NCBI GenBank assembly: GCA_964582415.1
Contig: CAZOSF010000003.1
Span: forward strand, 1,535-65,534
From: an uncultured Alteromonas sp.
Lineage (GTDB): Bacteria; Bacteroidota; Bacteroidia; Flavobacteriales; Flavobacteriaceae
Direction: 5' to 3'
Length of the DNA: 64,000 bases
The position numbers were made by a program, and so were the translations under genes. Shown piece by piece: positions 47,966 to 57,505 of the stretch. Every line of letters starts with the position of its first letter. Positions within the stretch are counted from its first letter, which is position 1. A model generated the notes under the pieces. That model was given only the letters and a program-made list of their open reading frames with translations, ran no database searches and had not been told where the DNA came from.

Positions 47966-48949
47966 ATGGAAGCTACTGTTGCGAAAACAGGGACCGAAGG
48001 AAAAGTCTGGGGCGGAGGAGCCCGTCCACTCAATGCCAGTTATGGTAAATTGATGATGTGGTTTTTCATTGTTTCGGATGCCTTGACCTTCTCTGGCTTT
48101 ATTGCCTCGTACGGATTCTCCCGATTTAAATTTATAGACGCATGGCCAATTGCCGATGAGGTGTTTACCCACGTGCCCTTTTTACATGGTGTTCCTGCAC
48201 CGATGTACTACGTGGCTTTCATGACTTTAGTCCTGATTTTTTCATCTGTGACAATGGTATTGGCGGTAGATGCAGGTCATAAAATGCAACGCACTAAAGT
48301 AGCATGGTATATGTTCTTTACGATCATCGGTGGTGCTGTGTTCGTTGGTTCCCAAGCCTGGGAATGGGCAACCTTTATCAAAGGGGATTACGGTGCTGTG
48401 GAAACGAAAGGTGGTAAAATCCTTCAATTTTTAAATACTGAAGGAGAACGCGTAGCCCTCCGTGATTTTGCAAAGCCACTTCCAACAGATAGAGAAGTGC
48501 ATGAAAAGAAAAATGGAATTTGGTACATGCAGGAATCCGTAACACCTACTTCAGTAAGTTTCGAAGAAGTAAAGGCGGGGTTCTTAGCCGACGATAACCT
48601 TTTGATTCGTACTCAATATCTTAATGAGCACGGGCACCATATTGTTCTGTCAAGAGAGGAATCGATTGCGAAACTTGAGAAAGATGGTAAATTGGTAGTG
48701 GAAGGCGCTAACCTTCGTCACAACGAATATGGTCATCCACTCTTTGCCGACTTCTTTTTCTTTATAACCGGATTCCACGGATTCCACGTATTCTCCGGAG
48801 TAGTGATCAACGTGATCATTTTCTTCAATGTAATTTTAGGAACCTACGAACGCCGTAAGAGTTACGAAATGGTAGAGAAAGTTGGACTCTATTGGCACTT
48901 TGTAGATTTGGTTTGGGTTTTTGTATTTACCTTCTTCTATCTTGTTTAA
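47966..48949 (+). CDS. ctaE: Cytochrome c oxidase subunit III (long form with a soluble insert)
   Basis: LYWHFVDLVWVFVFTFFY lies at the C-terminus. A hydrophilic insert of about 115 aa sits between TM helices. I prefer the ATG at 47966 (MEATVAK...). Confidence 0.8.
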   Translation: MEATVAKTGTEGKVWGGGARPLNASYGKLMMWFFIVSDALTFSGFIASYGFSRFKFIDAWPIADEVFTHVPFLHGVPAPMYYVAFMTLVLIFSSVTMVLAVDAGHKMQRTKVAWYMFFTIIGGAVFVGSQAWEWATFIKGDYGAVETKGGKILQFLNTEGERVALRDFAKPLPTDREVHEKKNGIWYMQESVTPTSVSFEEVKAGFLADDNLLIRTQYLNEHGHHIVLSREESIAKLEKDGKLVVEGANLRHNEYGHPLFADFFFFITGFHGFHVFSGVVINVIIFFNVILGTYERRKSYEMVEKVGLYWHFVDLVWVFVFTFFYLV

Positions 48950-48967
48950 TTATTGAAATAACAGCAT

Positions 48968-49351
48968 ATGGCTCACGATCATAAACTAGAAATTTTTAGA
49001 GGCGCTTGGAAATTTAAATCCAATGTGGCCAAAATCTGGGGAGTTTTTGCTTTCCTCTGTGTGGTAACTGCAATTGAAGTGGCGTTGGGGATTATAAAAC
49101 CCGAAAGCTTAACAGGAGCGCACATTCTTGCGATGAAAGCCTTAAACTGGATTTTCATCATTCTTACCTTGGTAAAAGCCTACTACATCACTTGGGACTT
49201 CATGCACATGCGCGATGAGTGGAAATCCTTGCGTAGAGCCGTAGTTTGGACAGCGGTTTTCCTGATTTGCTATTTGATTTTAATCCTTTTAATCGAAGGT
49301 GACTATATCTTCGAAGTTTATAAAAGTAACTATATAAAGTTCGACTTTTAA
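48968..49351 (+). CDS. Cytochrome c oxidase subunit IV family protein
   Basis: 127-aa ORF with three TM helices in the position downstream of subunit III, typical of bacterial CoxIV/CyoD-like proteins. Confidence 0.7.
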   Translation: MAHDHKLEIFRGAWKFKSNVAKIWGVFAFLCVVTAIEVALGIIKPESLTGAHILAMKALNWIFIILTLVKAYYITWDFMHMRDEWKSLRRAVVWTAVFLICYLILILLIEGDYIFEVYKSNYIKFDF

Positions 49352-49368
49352 TAGTGACGAAAGCATAG

Positions 49369-49398
49369 AAAACCCTGTGAATTCCACAGGGTTTTTTT
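49369..49398 (+). terminator. Intrinsic terminator after the subunit IV gene
   Basis: aa-CCCTGTG-aattc-CACAGGG-ttttttt. Confidence 0.8.
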
Positions 49399-49446
49399 AT
49401 AGGTAATTTTAACGAATCGATAGTTGTTAAAGCGTTGATTGCATTG

Positions 49447-49454
49447 TATTTTTG
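49447..49454 (+). promoter_or_regulatory. Candidate -7 box (TATTTTTG) for the SCO-like / SCO / DUF420 unit
   Basis: Exact TAnnTTTG match 14 nt upstream of the ATG at 49469. Confidence 0.4.
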
Positions 49455-49468
49455 CACAAATTGTTGCT

Positions 49469-50119
49469 ATGAAGACTAAGAAATATTTGGTACTGGGGAT
49501 TTTGTTCGTCCTTCCGATCCTGGTCTATCTCTTCTTCGCATCAGGGGTGAACAATTTCGCAAAACTTCCCATTCTTACAGAAAACGTAGCAAGTTTGGAG
49601 TCCTTCCAATTAGAAGAAGGTGAAACCCCTAAACTCGAAGACCATATTACGGTTCTTGGGTTCTTTGGGAATAGTGTTGACGGCAAAAAGGCCAATGCCT
49701 TCAATCTAGCCCATAAAATTTATAAAAAGAATTACGAGTTTCAAGATTTTCAATTCTTGATTTTGGCAACTCCGGATCAGGCAAATGCAGTGCTTTCCCT
49801 TAAAGAGGAATTGAAGCAGATAGCCGATCCAGTGAATTATCGGTTCGCCTTTGGTACTGCAGAAGACATCAAAACTGTTTTTGGGTCCTTGAAGACTAAC
49901 TTAACCATCGATACCATGGGAGGCAGTGACTATGTTTTCTTGATCGACAAACAAGGAAACCTCCGAGGTAGGACAGACGATGAAGATGTGGGGAAATTAT
50001 ACGGATTCAACGCCACAGATTATGCCGAAATCAATAACAAAATGGGTGATGATGTGAAGATATTATTGGCCGAATATCGCCTAGCCTTGAAGAAATATAA
50101 AGCAGAAAGGAAAATTTAG
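49469..50119 (+). CDS. SCO/thioredoxin-fold paralog lacking the copper ligands, membrane-anchored
   Basis: 216-aa ORF starting MKTKKYLVLGILFVLPILVYLFF. It is colinear with the adjacent SCO protein (ITVLGFF.. versus VYVVEFFF..; YVFLIDKQGNLRGR versus FFALIDQNGNIRSR) but contains no cysteine at all. Confidence 0.6.
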   Translation: MKTKKYLVLGILFVLPILVYLFFASGVNNFAKLPILTENVASLESFQLEEGETPKLEDHITVLGFFGNSVDGKKANAFNLAHKIYKKNYEFQDFQFLILATPDQANAVLSLKEELKQIADPVNYRFAFGTAEDIKTVFGSLKTNLTIDTMGGSDYVFLIDKQGNLRGRTDDEDVGKLYGFNATDYAEINNKMGDDVKILLAEYRLALKKYKAERKI

Positions 50120-50121
50120 CC

Positions 50122-50814
50122 ATGGGAAAGAAATCGAATTATTCATACATAGGAATTTCCTTTATTATACTGGTTTTCGGAATACTTTTCATACCTAAAA
50201 TTTTGAATCGATGGAACAATGATACCATCGTGGATCAAGACCGACATAATCTACAGCATAATGGAGTTGCAAAAGTTAGGGATATGGCTACCATCGGGGT
50301 TGTGCCCGAATTCGCCTTCGTGAATCAAAATGGAGATACTATAACTCAAAATTCATACAAAGGGAAGGTTTATGTGGTGGAGTTTTTCTTTACTACCTGT
50401 CCCTCTATATGCCCCATTATGAATCAAAACATGCTGAAAGTACAGAGGGCGTATACGGATAATAATATGATTGGGGTTGCCTCTTTTACCATAAATCCGG
50501 AATACGACACCCCTGAAGTATTGAAGAATTATGCGGAAAGATATGGCATATCGCACCCCAATTGGCACCTACTCACTGGAAGTAGAGAGGAAATTTATTC
50601 GCTTGCTAATAAAGGTTTCAACCTGTATGTTGGGGAAGCACCTGAAGTAGAGGGAGGATTTGAACACTCCGGTTTCTTTGCCCTAATCGATCAAAATGGA
50701 AATATTCGCTCTCGTATGGATTCCTTTGGGAACCCAATTATCTATTATGATGGACTGGAGAACGAAAGTGTTCAGATGCTAATCGATGATATTGGCACTT
50801 TATTAAATCAATAA
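50122..50814 (+). CDS. SCO family copper chaperone / thiol-disulfide protein (SenC/PrrC-like)
   Basis: TM anchor, the CPSICP (CxxxC) motif, and a downstream His in GFEHSGFFALID. Confidence 0.85.
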   Translation: MGKKSNYSYIGISFIILVFGILFIPKILNRWNNDTIVDQDRHNLQHNGVAKVRDMATIGVVPEFAFVNQNGDTITQNSYKGKVYVVEFFFTTCPSICPIMNQNMLKVQRAYTDNNMIGVASFTINPEYDTPEVLKNYAERYGISHPNWHLLTGSREEIYSLANKGFNLYVGEAPEVEGGFEHSGFFALIDQNGNIRSRMDSFGNPIIYYDGLENESVQMLIDDIGTLLNQ

Positions 50815-50815
50815 T

Positions 50816-51343
50816 ATGGACAACGCAAAAAAAGAGAAAAACTATAAGATTGTTACTTGGGTGCTTTCCATAGCGGTACCTGTTGTGGTTGCCATCCTTT
50901 TTAGGGTGCGTATTCCAAATGTGGAACCATTGAACTACCTGCCACCTGTATATGCAACCATAAATGGGGTTACAGCGATATTATTGATTTTGGCCGTAAT
51001 GCAAATTAGGAATGGAAACCGTTTCCTTCATGAAGTATTCATGAAATCGAGCATCTTGTTGTCCCTCCTTTTTTTGGTGATGTATGTAGCGTATCATATG
51101 ACCTCCGATCCTACCCCTTATGGAGGTGAGGGGCCATTGAAATATATCTACTATTTTATCCTCATTACCCACATACTACTATCGGTTGTGGTCATCCCGT
51201 TTGTGCTGATTACCTATACCAGGGCATTATTGGGTAAATTTCAACTTCATAAGAAAATAGCCAAGATTACTTTTCCCATTTGGCTCTATGTAGCAGTCAC
51301 CGGTGTCATAGTCTATCTCATGATTTCACCCTACTATGAATAG
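50816..51343 (+). CDS. DUF420 (CtaM-like) membrane protein
   Basis: 175-aa ORF with four TM helices and conserved His-containing helices (VMYVAYHM; ILITHILLS). It is located in the oxidase-assembly cluster. Confidence 0.75.
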   Translation: MDNAKKEKNYKIVTWVLSIAVPVVVAILFRVRIPNVEPLNYLPPVYATINGVTAILLILAVMQIRNGNRFLHEVFMKSSILLSLLFLVMYVAYHMTSDPTPYGGEGPLKYIYYFILITHILLSVVVIPFVLITYTRALLGKFQLHKKIAKITFPIWLYVAVTGVIVYLMISPYYE

Positions 51344-51572
51344 ATCCATGAAATATCTGGTCTTTTTTATGGTTCTTCTATTTGTGGCACTTCCTGCAGA
51401 CGCCCAATGTGCGATGTGCCGGGCTGTATTGGAAAGTGAGCAAGATGGAGGGGCTGCAAAAGGGATCAATAATGGTATTGTTTATCTTATGCTCTTTCCA
51501 TATTTGTTGATTGGGGGAGTAGGCTATTTTATTTACAGGATGCGCAAGAAAGCAAGGGAAGAAAAGCAATAA
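51336..51572 (+). CDS. Small exported/membrane-anchored CxxC protein (78 aa)
   Basis: Signal peptide ...FVALPADA, then QCAMCRAV, one C-terminal TM helix and a basic tail. The first ATG overlaps the DUF420 stop by 8 nt. An alternative ATG lies at 51348. Confidence 0.55.
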   Translation: MNRSMKYLVFFMVLLFVALPADAQCAMCRAVLESEQDGGAAKGINNGIVYLMLFPYLLIGGVGYFIYRMRKKAREEKQ

Positions 51573-51711
51573 TCCTTCCGCAGGTACTGTAACATTTCAT
51601 TTTTAGAGGCGTCTTATGAAGAAGGGGCACTAACCAAGTTCCAGAAGTCTTAACAAGAATTTCACACAAAAGAATGCCAAAGGCAGTTTCTTTGTAGAAG
51701 ACGTTTGTACT

Positions 51712-52419
51712 ATGATTGAAATCAAAGACTTACATAAGTCATATCAGATAGGGCACAATTCCCTTCATGTTTTGAAAGGAATAAATTTCGAAGCGAACAA
51801 GGGGGAGATGGTAGCCATTATGGGTTCCTCGGGTTCTGGAAAATCTACCTTTCTTAATATTATAGGTATGTTGGATGAAGCTGATTCAGGTTCCTATACC
51901 TTGGACGGGAAAATCATCAAGGATCTAAATGAAAAAATTGCCGCGAAATATCGCAATCAGTTTTTAGGATTCATATTCCAGTCCTTTAACCTCATTTCTT
52001 ATAAATCGGCACTAGATAATGTCGCCATGCCCTTGTACTATCAAGGGATGAAACGCTCCATTCGTATGGATAAAGCCATGCATTATTTGGAGAAAGTTGG
52101 ACTTGCCGATTGGGCCGAACACCTTCCGAGTGAGATGTCGGGAGGGCAAAAGCAAAGGGTCGCCATAGCAAGGGCCCTTGCCAGCGAGCCCAAAGTGCTT
52201 TTGGCCGATGAGCCGACAGGGGCGCTGGATTCCACAACATCTTATGAGGTGATGGAACTTATGCAGGCCATTAACGACGAGGGGAAAACCATCCTTTGTG
52301 TAACCCACGAAGATGATATTGCCCATATGTGTAAGCGGTTGGTACACCTGAAAGACGGTGTCATCATCGATGACAATCAAATTGCCCAAGTTAGGGCCAA
52401 AACTGAACTCCATGTTTAA
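51712..52419 (+). CDS. ABC transporter ATP-binding protein (MacB/LolD type)
   Basis: Walker A GSSGSGKST, signature SGGQKQRVAIARAL, and Walker B LLADEPTGALD. Confidence 0.92.
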   Translation: MIEIKDLHKSYQIGHNSLHVLKGINFEANKGEMVAIMGSSGSGKSTFLNIIGMLDEADSGSYTLDGKIIKDLNEKIAAKYRNQFLGFIFQSFNLISYKSALDNVAMPLYYQGMKRSIRMDKAMHYLEKVGLADWAEHLPSEMSGGQKQRVAIARALASEPKVLLADEPTGALDSTTSYEVMELMQAINDEGKTILCVTHEDDIAHMCKRLVHLKDGVIIDDNQIAQVRAKTELHV

Positions 52420-53656
52420 TATAGAGCGCTGGCAAGAAATTTTTGAGACCCTCAAAAAAAACAAGTTAAGAACGTTCCTAACGGGGCTATCCGTAGCCTC
52501 AGGGATTTTCATCTTGGTGATATTGCTGGGCTTTAGTAGTGGAATTCAAAAAGGGGTGAAATCACAATTTGAACAGGACGCAACGAACCGAATTTCTGTA
52601 TGGACCGGAATGACCACCAAAGGATACAAGGGAATGAACCCTGGTCGAAGAATTCAGATGACCAACGATGATCATCAGTCCATTAGCAACAAATACGAAG
52701 ACAATATTGAATACAAGACATCCATCTACTCCATCTGGGGTGGTATTGTCACATACAAAAATCAAACTGGTAACTACCGAGTGGAAGGGGCCTATCCCGA
52801 TCAACAGTTTATCGAAAACGAAACTTTGGTTTCTGGACGATATCTCAATAAAAGCGATTTGGAGGAATCCAGAAAAGTAGCCATAATAGGAAACCAAGTA
52901 AAATTGGACATTTTCAAGGAGGAAGATCCCATTGGGAAAAGTATTGAGGTTATGGGAATCAACTTCGTGGTGGTGGGTGTTTATTCCGATCCCGGAGGAT
53001 CGAGGGAAGAAACTAGGGTGTTTATTCCCCTAACAACTGCTCAAAAGGCCTTTAATGGTGGCGATAAGGTACGCTCTTTGGCCTACACCGTAAAAATGAG
53101 TGACAATTTTGATGAAGCCGTGGCTCTTTCCACTTCTCTTTCTCAAAGTATTGAAAACGATATACGAACCACACATTTTATCGCTCCTGATGATCGCAGT
53201 GCGGTACGGGTTTGGAATACTTTGGAAGAAGCTAAAAAGATTTATACACTATTAGCAACCATTCGTGGAGTATTTTGGTTTGTTGGGATTGGCACCATCA
53301 TCGCTGGTGTGGTAGGGGTTTCCAATATCATGCTGATAGTGGTAAAAGAACGTACCAAAGAAATCGGCATCCGTAAAGCCCTAGGGGCAGTTCCCTCCTC
53401 AATTGTTGGGATGATTTTGCAAGAAGCTATCTTCATAACTGCTATCGCAGGTTTTACTGGATTGTTTTTGGGAGTTGGCTTACTGGAATTGATAAGTCCG
53501 ATGGTGGATAGCGATTTTATAAAGTTTCCACAAGTTGATTTTAATACCTCCATTACTACCGTGTTCATTTTAATTTTAGCTGGGGCTCTAGCTGGTTTCA
53601 TACCGGCCAGACGAGCTGCCAATATCAAACCAATTGAAGCCTTAAGAGACGAATAG
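52412..53656 (+). CDS. ABC transporter permease 1 (FtsX/MacB type)
   Basis: The start MFNIERWQEI... overlaps the ATPase stop by 8 nt (ATGTTTAA). It has a large periplasmic domain between TM1 and TM2 and a C-terminal FtsX-like bundle (VKERTKEIGIRKALGA). Confidence 0.88.
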   Translation: MFNIERWQEIFETLKKNKLRTFLTGLSVASGIFILVILLGFSSGIQKGVKSQFEQDATNRISVWTGMTTKGYKGMNPGRRIQMTNDDHQSISNKYEDNIEYKTSIYSIWGGIVTYKNQTGNYRVEGAYPDQQFIENETLVSGRYLNKSDLEESRKVAIIGNQVKLDIFKEEDPIGKSIEVMGINFVVVGVYSDPGGSREETRVFIPLTTAQKAFNGGDKVRSLAYTVKMSDNFDEAVALSTSLSQSIENDIRTTHFIAPDDRSAVRVWNTLEEAKKIYTLLATIRGVFWFVGIGTIIAGVVGVSNIMLIVVKERTKEIGIRKALGAVPSSIVGMILQEAIFITAIAGFTGLFLGVGLLELISPMVDSDFIKFPQVDFNTSITTVFILILAGALAGFIPARRAANIKPIEALRDE

Positions 53657-53657
53657 T

Positions 53658-54917
53658 ATGTTCAATAAAGACAGATGGAATGAAATATTGGAGGCGATGA
53701 ACGCAAATCGGTTTAGAACCATTCTTACCGCCTTTGGTGTTTTTTGGGGAATATTCATACTCGTTCTATTACTGGCGCTTACCAATGGTTTGAGAAATGG
53801 AGTGCAAGCCGATTTTGGAAATTTCGCGACAAATTCCATCTTCATGTGGTCGCAACGAACTTCCATGCCTTATAAGGGTTTTTCCAAGGGTCGATTCTTT
53901 AACTTCAAAATACAGGATGTTCAGGTATTAAAAGATCGGATCCCAGAATTGAAATATGTTTCTCCTAGAAATCAATTGGGAGGATATAGAGGAGCCAATA
54001 ATGTGACCCGAAACGAGAAAACGGGTGCCTTCGGAATTTATGGGGATTATCCAGAATATATCAAACAAGAACCTTTAGACATTATTGCTGGCAGGTATCT
54101 CAGCTACTCTGATATCAATGAAAAGCGCAAGGTATGCGTCATTGGGACCGATGTGGTGAAAGGTCTTTATGACCAAGGTGAAGACCCAATTGGAACCTAT
54201 ATTAAGATTAACGGAATCAACTTTATGGTAGTTGGGACCTTTAAAAAAAGCAATAGTCAAGGAGACCAAGAGGAGAATGCCAACACTATTTTTGTACCCT
54301 TTACCACTTTTTCTCAAGCTTTCAATTATGGTGATATTGTTGGTTGGATGGCGATCACAGCGATCGATGAGGTTAGCATTACCGATGTAAAACCAAAAAT
54401 CATGTCGATTATGCGGGAATTGCGCAGTATTCATCCCCAGGATGAACGGGCAATCGGGCATTTTGACCTGTCTGAACAATTCGCTCGGATCATGGGATTG
54501 TTCGCTATTTTAACCTTTGTTGGGTATTTTGTTGGCGCACTGGTACTTATGTCTGGAGTTATCGGGATTAGCAATATCATGCTTATTGTGGTAAAGGAAC
54601 GAACCAAAGAGATTGGAGTACGCCGTGCTTTGGGGGCTAGTCCATGGAATATCCGCTTACAGATCCTTCAAGAATCCTTGGTGTTAACCATTATTTCAGG
54701 AATGATGGGAATTGCTTTTGCCGCCTTTTTAATTTGGGTAATGAACACCCTTTTGGAACAAACAGGGCCTGTAGAAAATTTTGCCAACCCAACGGTAGGC
54801 ATAGGGGTAATTTTTATTGCCCTTCTCATATTAATTATTTCTGGAGTTTTAGCGGGATTGATACCAGCAACCCGTGCTACCCAAATGAAACCTGTAGATG
54901 CTTTACGTCTTGACTAA
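53658..54917 (+). CDS. ABC transporter permease 2 (FtsX/MacB type)
   Basis: A paralog of the preceding gene (MFNKDRWNEI..., VKERTKEIGVRRALGA). It starts 1 nt after the previous stop. Confidence 0.88.
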   Translation: MFNKDRWNEILEAMNANRFRTILTAFGVFWGIFILVLLLALTNGLRNGVQADFGNFATNSIFMWSQRTSMPYKGFSKGRFFNFKIQDVQVLKDRIPELKYVSPRNQLGGYRGANNVTRNEKTGAFGIYGDYPEYIKQEPLDIIAGRYLSYSDINEKRKVCVIGTDVVKGLYDQGEDPIGTYIKINGINFMVVGTFKKSNSQGDQEENANTIFVPFTTFSQAFNYGDIVGWMAITAIDEVSITDVKPKIMSIMRELRSIHPQDERAIGHFDLSEQFARIMGLFAILTFVGYFVGALVLMSGVIGISNIMLIVVKERTKEIGVRRALGASPWNIRLQILQESLVLTIISGMMGIAFAAFLIWVMNTLLEQTGPVENFANPTVGIGVIFIALLILIISGVLAGLIPATRATQMKPVDALRLD

Positions 54918-54940
54918 AACCATATAATCAATCAATTACA

Positions 54941-56092
54941 ATGAAAAGAAAAGGAACCATTATCACACTGATTTTAATTTTTGTAGCCTTTATAATTGGC
55001 ATTTATTATATCTGGGTGAAAGACCAACAAGATCCTGTAGTATATGAGACTGAAACGGCCTCGGTAAACAATGTGGTTAAAAAAACCGTTGCCACGGGAA
55101 GTATTGTCCCTAAAGAAGAAGTACTTATCAAGCCAAATATCTCGGGTATTATCGATGAAATCTATGTAGAAGCGGGAGATATTATAAAAGCTGGGGATCT
55201 GATTGCTAAAGTGAAAGTAGTGCCCAACGTTAATTCGTTGAACAGTGCCCGCAACGCTATCAATTCCAGTCAGACGGCCGTAGAAACAGCACGATTGGCG
55301 TATGAGAGTCAAAAGAACATTTATCAACGTCAGAAGGAGTTACATGAAAAGGGTGTTATTTCTGCTAATGAATTCGATAACGCCCAATTGGCATACGACC
55401 AGGCGTTACAGCGATATAACCAGGAAAAGGTAAATTTACAGGGGGCACAACAAACCTACGATATCGTAAAAACTGGAACCACCAGTGGGCTTGGAACTAT
55501 TGCAAATACAGAGATTCGAGCAACTGTATCGGGCATGGTGTTGGATGTTCCAGTCAAAGTAGGAAATCAAGTAATCGAGGCCAACAACTTTAACGATGGA
55601 ACTACGATTGCTACGCTTGCGGATGTTGGAAAAATGATTTTTGAAGGCAAAGTAGATGAAAGTGAGGTGGGTAAAATCACCGAATCATTGCCTTTGGAGA
55701 TTACGGTAGGTGCTATTGAGGATAAAAAATTTGATGCAGTTCTTGATTATATCGCTCCGAAAGGGGTAGAAGAAAATGGTGCCATTCAATTTGAAATTAA
55801 AGGAACCTTAAGTAAAAAGGATACCACTTTTATTCGGGCTGGCCTGAGCGCCAATGCTTCCATTATTTTGGCTCGAGCCGATAGCGTTTTGACCATCAAG
55901 GAGGCCTTGGTACAATACGATCAGGAGACTAAGGAACCCTTTGTGGAAATAGAAACGGGAGACCAGAAGTTTGAACGCCGCCCTGTAGAATTGGGAATCA
56001 GTGATGGTATCATCGTTGAAATCAAAAGTGGAATTTCCGAAGAAGACAAAATCAAGGTCTGGAACCAACTGGTGGCACCCCAACAATTTTAA
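54941..56092 (+). CDS. Efflux periplasmic adaptor (HlyD/MacA family) 1
   Basis: N-terminal TM, a lipoyl-like motif (GIIDEIYVEAGDIIKAGDLIAKV), a coiled-coil hairpin and a beta-barrel domain. Confidence 0.85.
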   Translation: MKRKGTIITLILIFVAFIIGIYYIWVKDQQDPVVYETETASVNNVVKKTVATGSIVPKEEVLIKPNISGIIDEIYVEAGDIIKAGDLIAKVKVVPNVNSLNSARNAINSSQTAVETARLAYESQKNIYQRQKELHEKGVISANEFDNAQLAYDQALQRYNQEKVNLQGAQQTYDIVKTGTTSGLGTIANTEIRATVSGMVLDVPVKVGNQVIEANNFNDGTTIATLADVGKMIFEGKVDESEVGKITESLPLEITVGAIEDKKFDAVLDYIAPKGVEENGAIQFEIKGTLSKKDTTFIRAGLSANASIILARADSVLTIKEALVQYDQETKEPFVEIETGDQKFERRPVELGISDGIIVEIKSGISEEDKIKVWNQLVAPQQF

Positions 56093-56168
56093 TCCATAGT
56101 TCAAAAAAGTGTCAGAAACTGTAACACTTTCCGTAAACAATATACCAATGAATCGAACCTATTCAACT

Positions 56169-57500
56169 ATGAAGCGACTCGGATTATTTCTATTGATGCT
56201 CGTTGCAACCTTTTCGGTGCAGGGCCAATCCAAGAAATGGACCCTACGAGAATGTGTGGAACATGCGCTTGAAAACAATATCTCTGTTAAACAAAGCGAA
56301 TTAGATTTAGAAGCCACTGAGGCTGAAAAGCTTAGTGCTATCGGAAATTTTTTACCGAGTGTCAATGGTAGTGCAACTTATTCCACTAACACTGGGGCGA
56401 ACATCAACCCAGTTACCAATGTCTTCGAAAATGAAACCTTCGAATCGATTACAATTGGTGGTACCGTTGGGCTTACGGTTTTTAATGGGCTGCAAAATAT
56501 CCGACAATTGCAGCGCGCCAAACTTTCCAAACTTGCAGCCGAATACCAGCTGTCCAAAATGAAGGATGATATTTCCTTGTTTGTTGCAAATGCCTACCTT
56601 CAAGTACTTAACAACAAGGCTAATTTGGAAGTGCTAAAGTCACAGAATGCTGTAACTCAAGAGCAAATTCAACGAACTCAGGAATTGGTAAATGCTGGGG
56701 TCTTGCCAAAGGGAGACCTCTTGGAAATCCAAGCTACCGATGCTACGGAAAAACAAAGCATCGTCAATGCTCAAAACCAAGTTACATTGTCCTTATTGAG
56801 CCTTGCCCAACTGCTTCGAATGGAGGATTATAAAAATTTCGACATTGAGGATGAGGGTTATGAAATCATAGACCAAGGCATTTCAGGACGCCCTGTAGGT
56901 GATATCATCAATAGTGCTAAGGAGAATAGATCGGAAATTAAAATTGCCGAGAAAAGTGTCGAATTGGCCGAGAAGGACCTTCAAATAGCACGTGGTGCTT
57001 ATTATCCTTCCATAACTGCATTTTTCAGTTATAATACCCGATATTCCGATCCCGACTTTTTAGATCGAAACTTTACCGATCAATTATGGCAAAACGATGG
57101 TACTGGTTATGGTTTGCGGTTGAATATTCCTGTTTTAAATGGTTTCGGGACGCGAAGCAACGTGATGCGGAATAAGGTGAATTTAGAACGATCGAAATAT
57201 CAACTGGAGCAGGCGCAACTCGATTTGGAATCGACCATCTATCAAGCCTATGTCGATGCCCAAGGAGCTTACAAATCTTATGAAGCTGCCAACAAAGCTA
57301 TGGAATCGCAAGAATTGGCCTATGAATATGCCAAGGAGCGTTACGATGTTGGTTTGACCAATGCCTTCGATTTCAGTCAATCGAAAACACGTTACGATAA
57401 TGCACGTATTGAAGCAAATAGAACCAAATACGATTATATTTTTAAATTAAAAGTATTGGAATTGTACTTTGGCATTCCGGCTACGGAACTTAAGTTTTAA
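56169..57500 (+). CDS. TolC family outer-membrane efflux protein
   Basis: Signal peptide MKRLGLFLLMLVATFSVQGQ and two repeated TolC halves (LQ.A...L..A). I prefer the ATG at 56169 over the GTG at 56109. Confidence 0.85.
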   Translation: MKRLGLFLLMLVATFSVQGQSKKWTLRECVEHALENNISVKQSELDLEATEAEKLSAIGNFLPSVNGSATYSTNTGANINPVTNVFENETFESITIGGTVGLTVFNGLQNIRQLQRAKLSKLAAEYQLSKMKDDISLFVANAYLQVLNNKANLEVLKSQNAVTQEQIQRTQELVNAGVLPKGDLLEIQATDATEKQSIVNAQNQVTLSLLSLAQLLRMEDYKNFDIEDEGYEIIDQGISGRPVGDIINSAKENRSEIKIAEKSVELAEKDLQIARGAYYPSITAFFSYNTRYSDPDFLDRNFTDQLWQNDGTGYGLRLNIPVLNGFGTRSNVMRNKVNLERSKYQLEQAQLDLESTIYQAYVDAQGAYKSYEAANKAMESQELAYEYAKERYDVGLTNAFDFSQSKTRYDNARIEANRTKYDYIFKLKVLELYFGIPATELKF

Positions 57501-57505
57501 CCATC

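Noticed and set aside
52012-52512. 166-aa antisense ORF across the ABC ATPase/permease junction
   Set aside because: The forward frame carries complete Walker A, signature and Walker B motifs. The antisense ORF has none.
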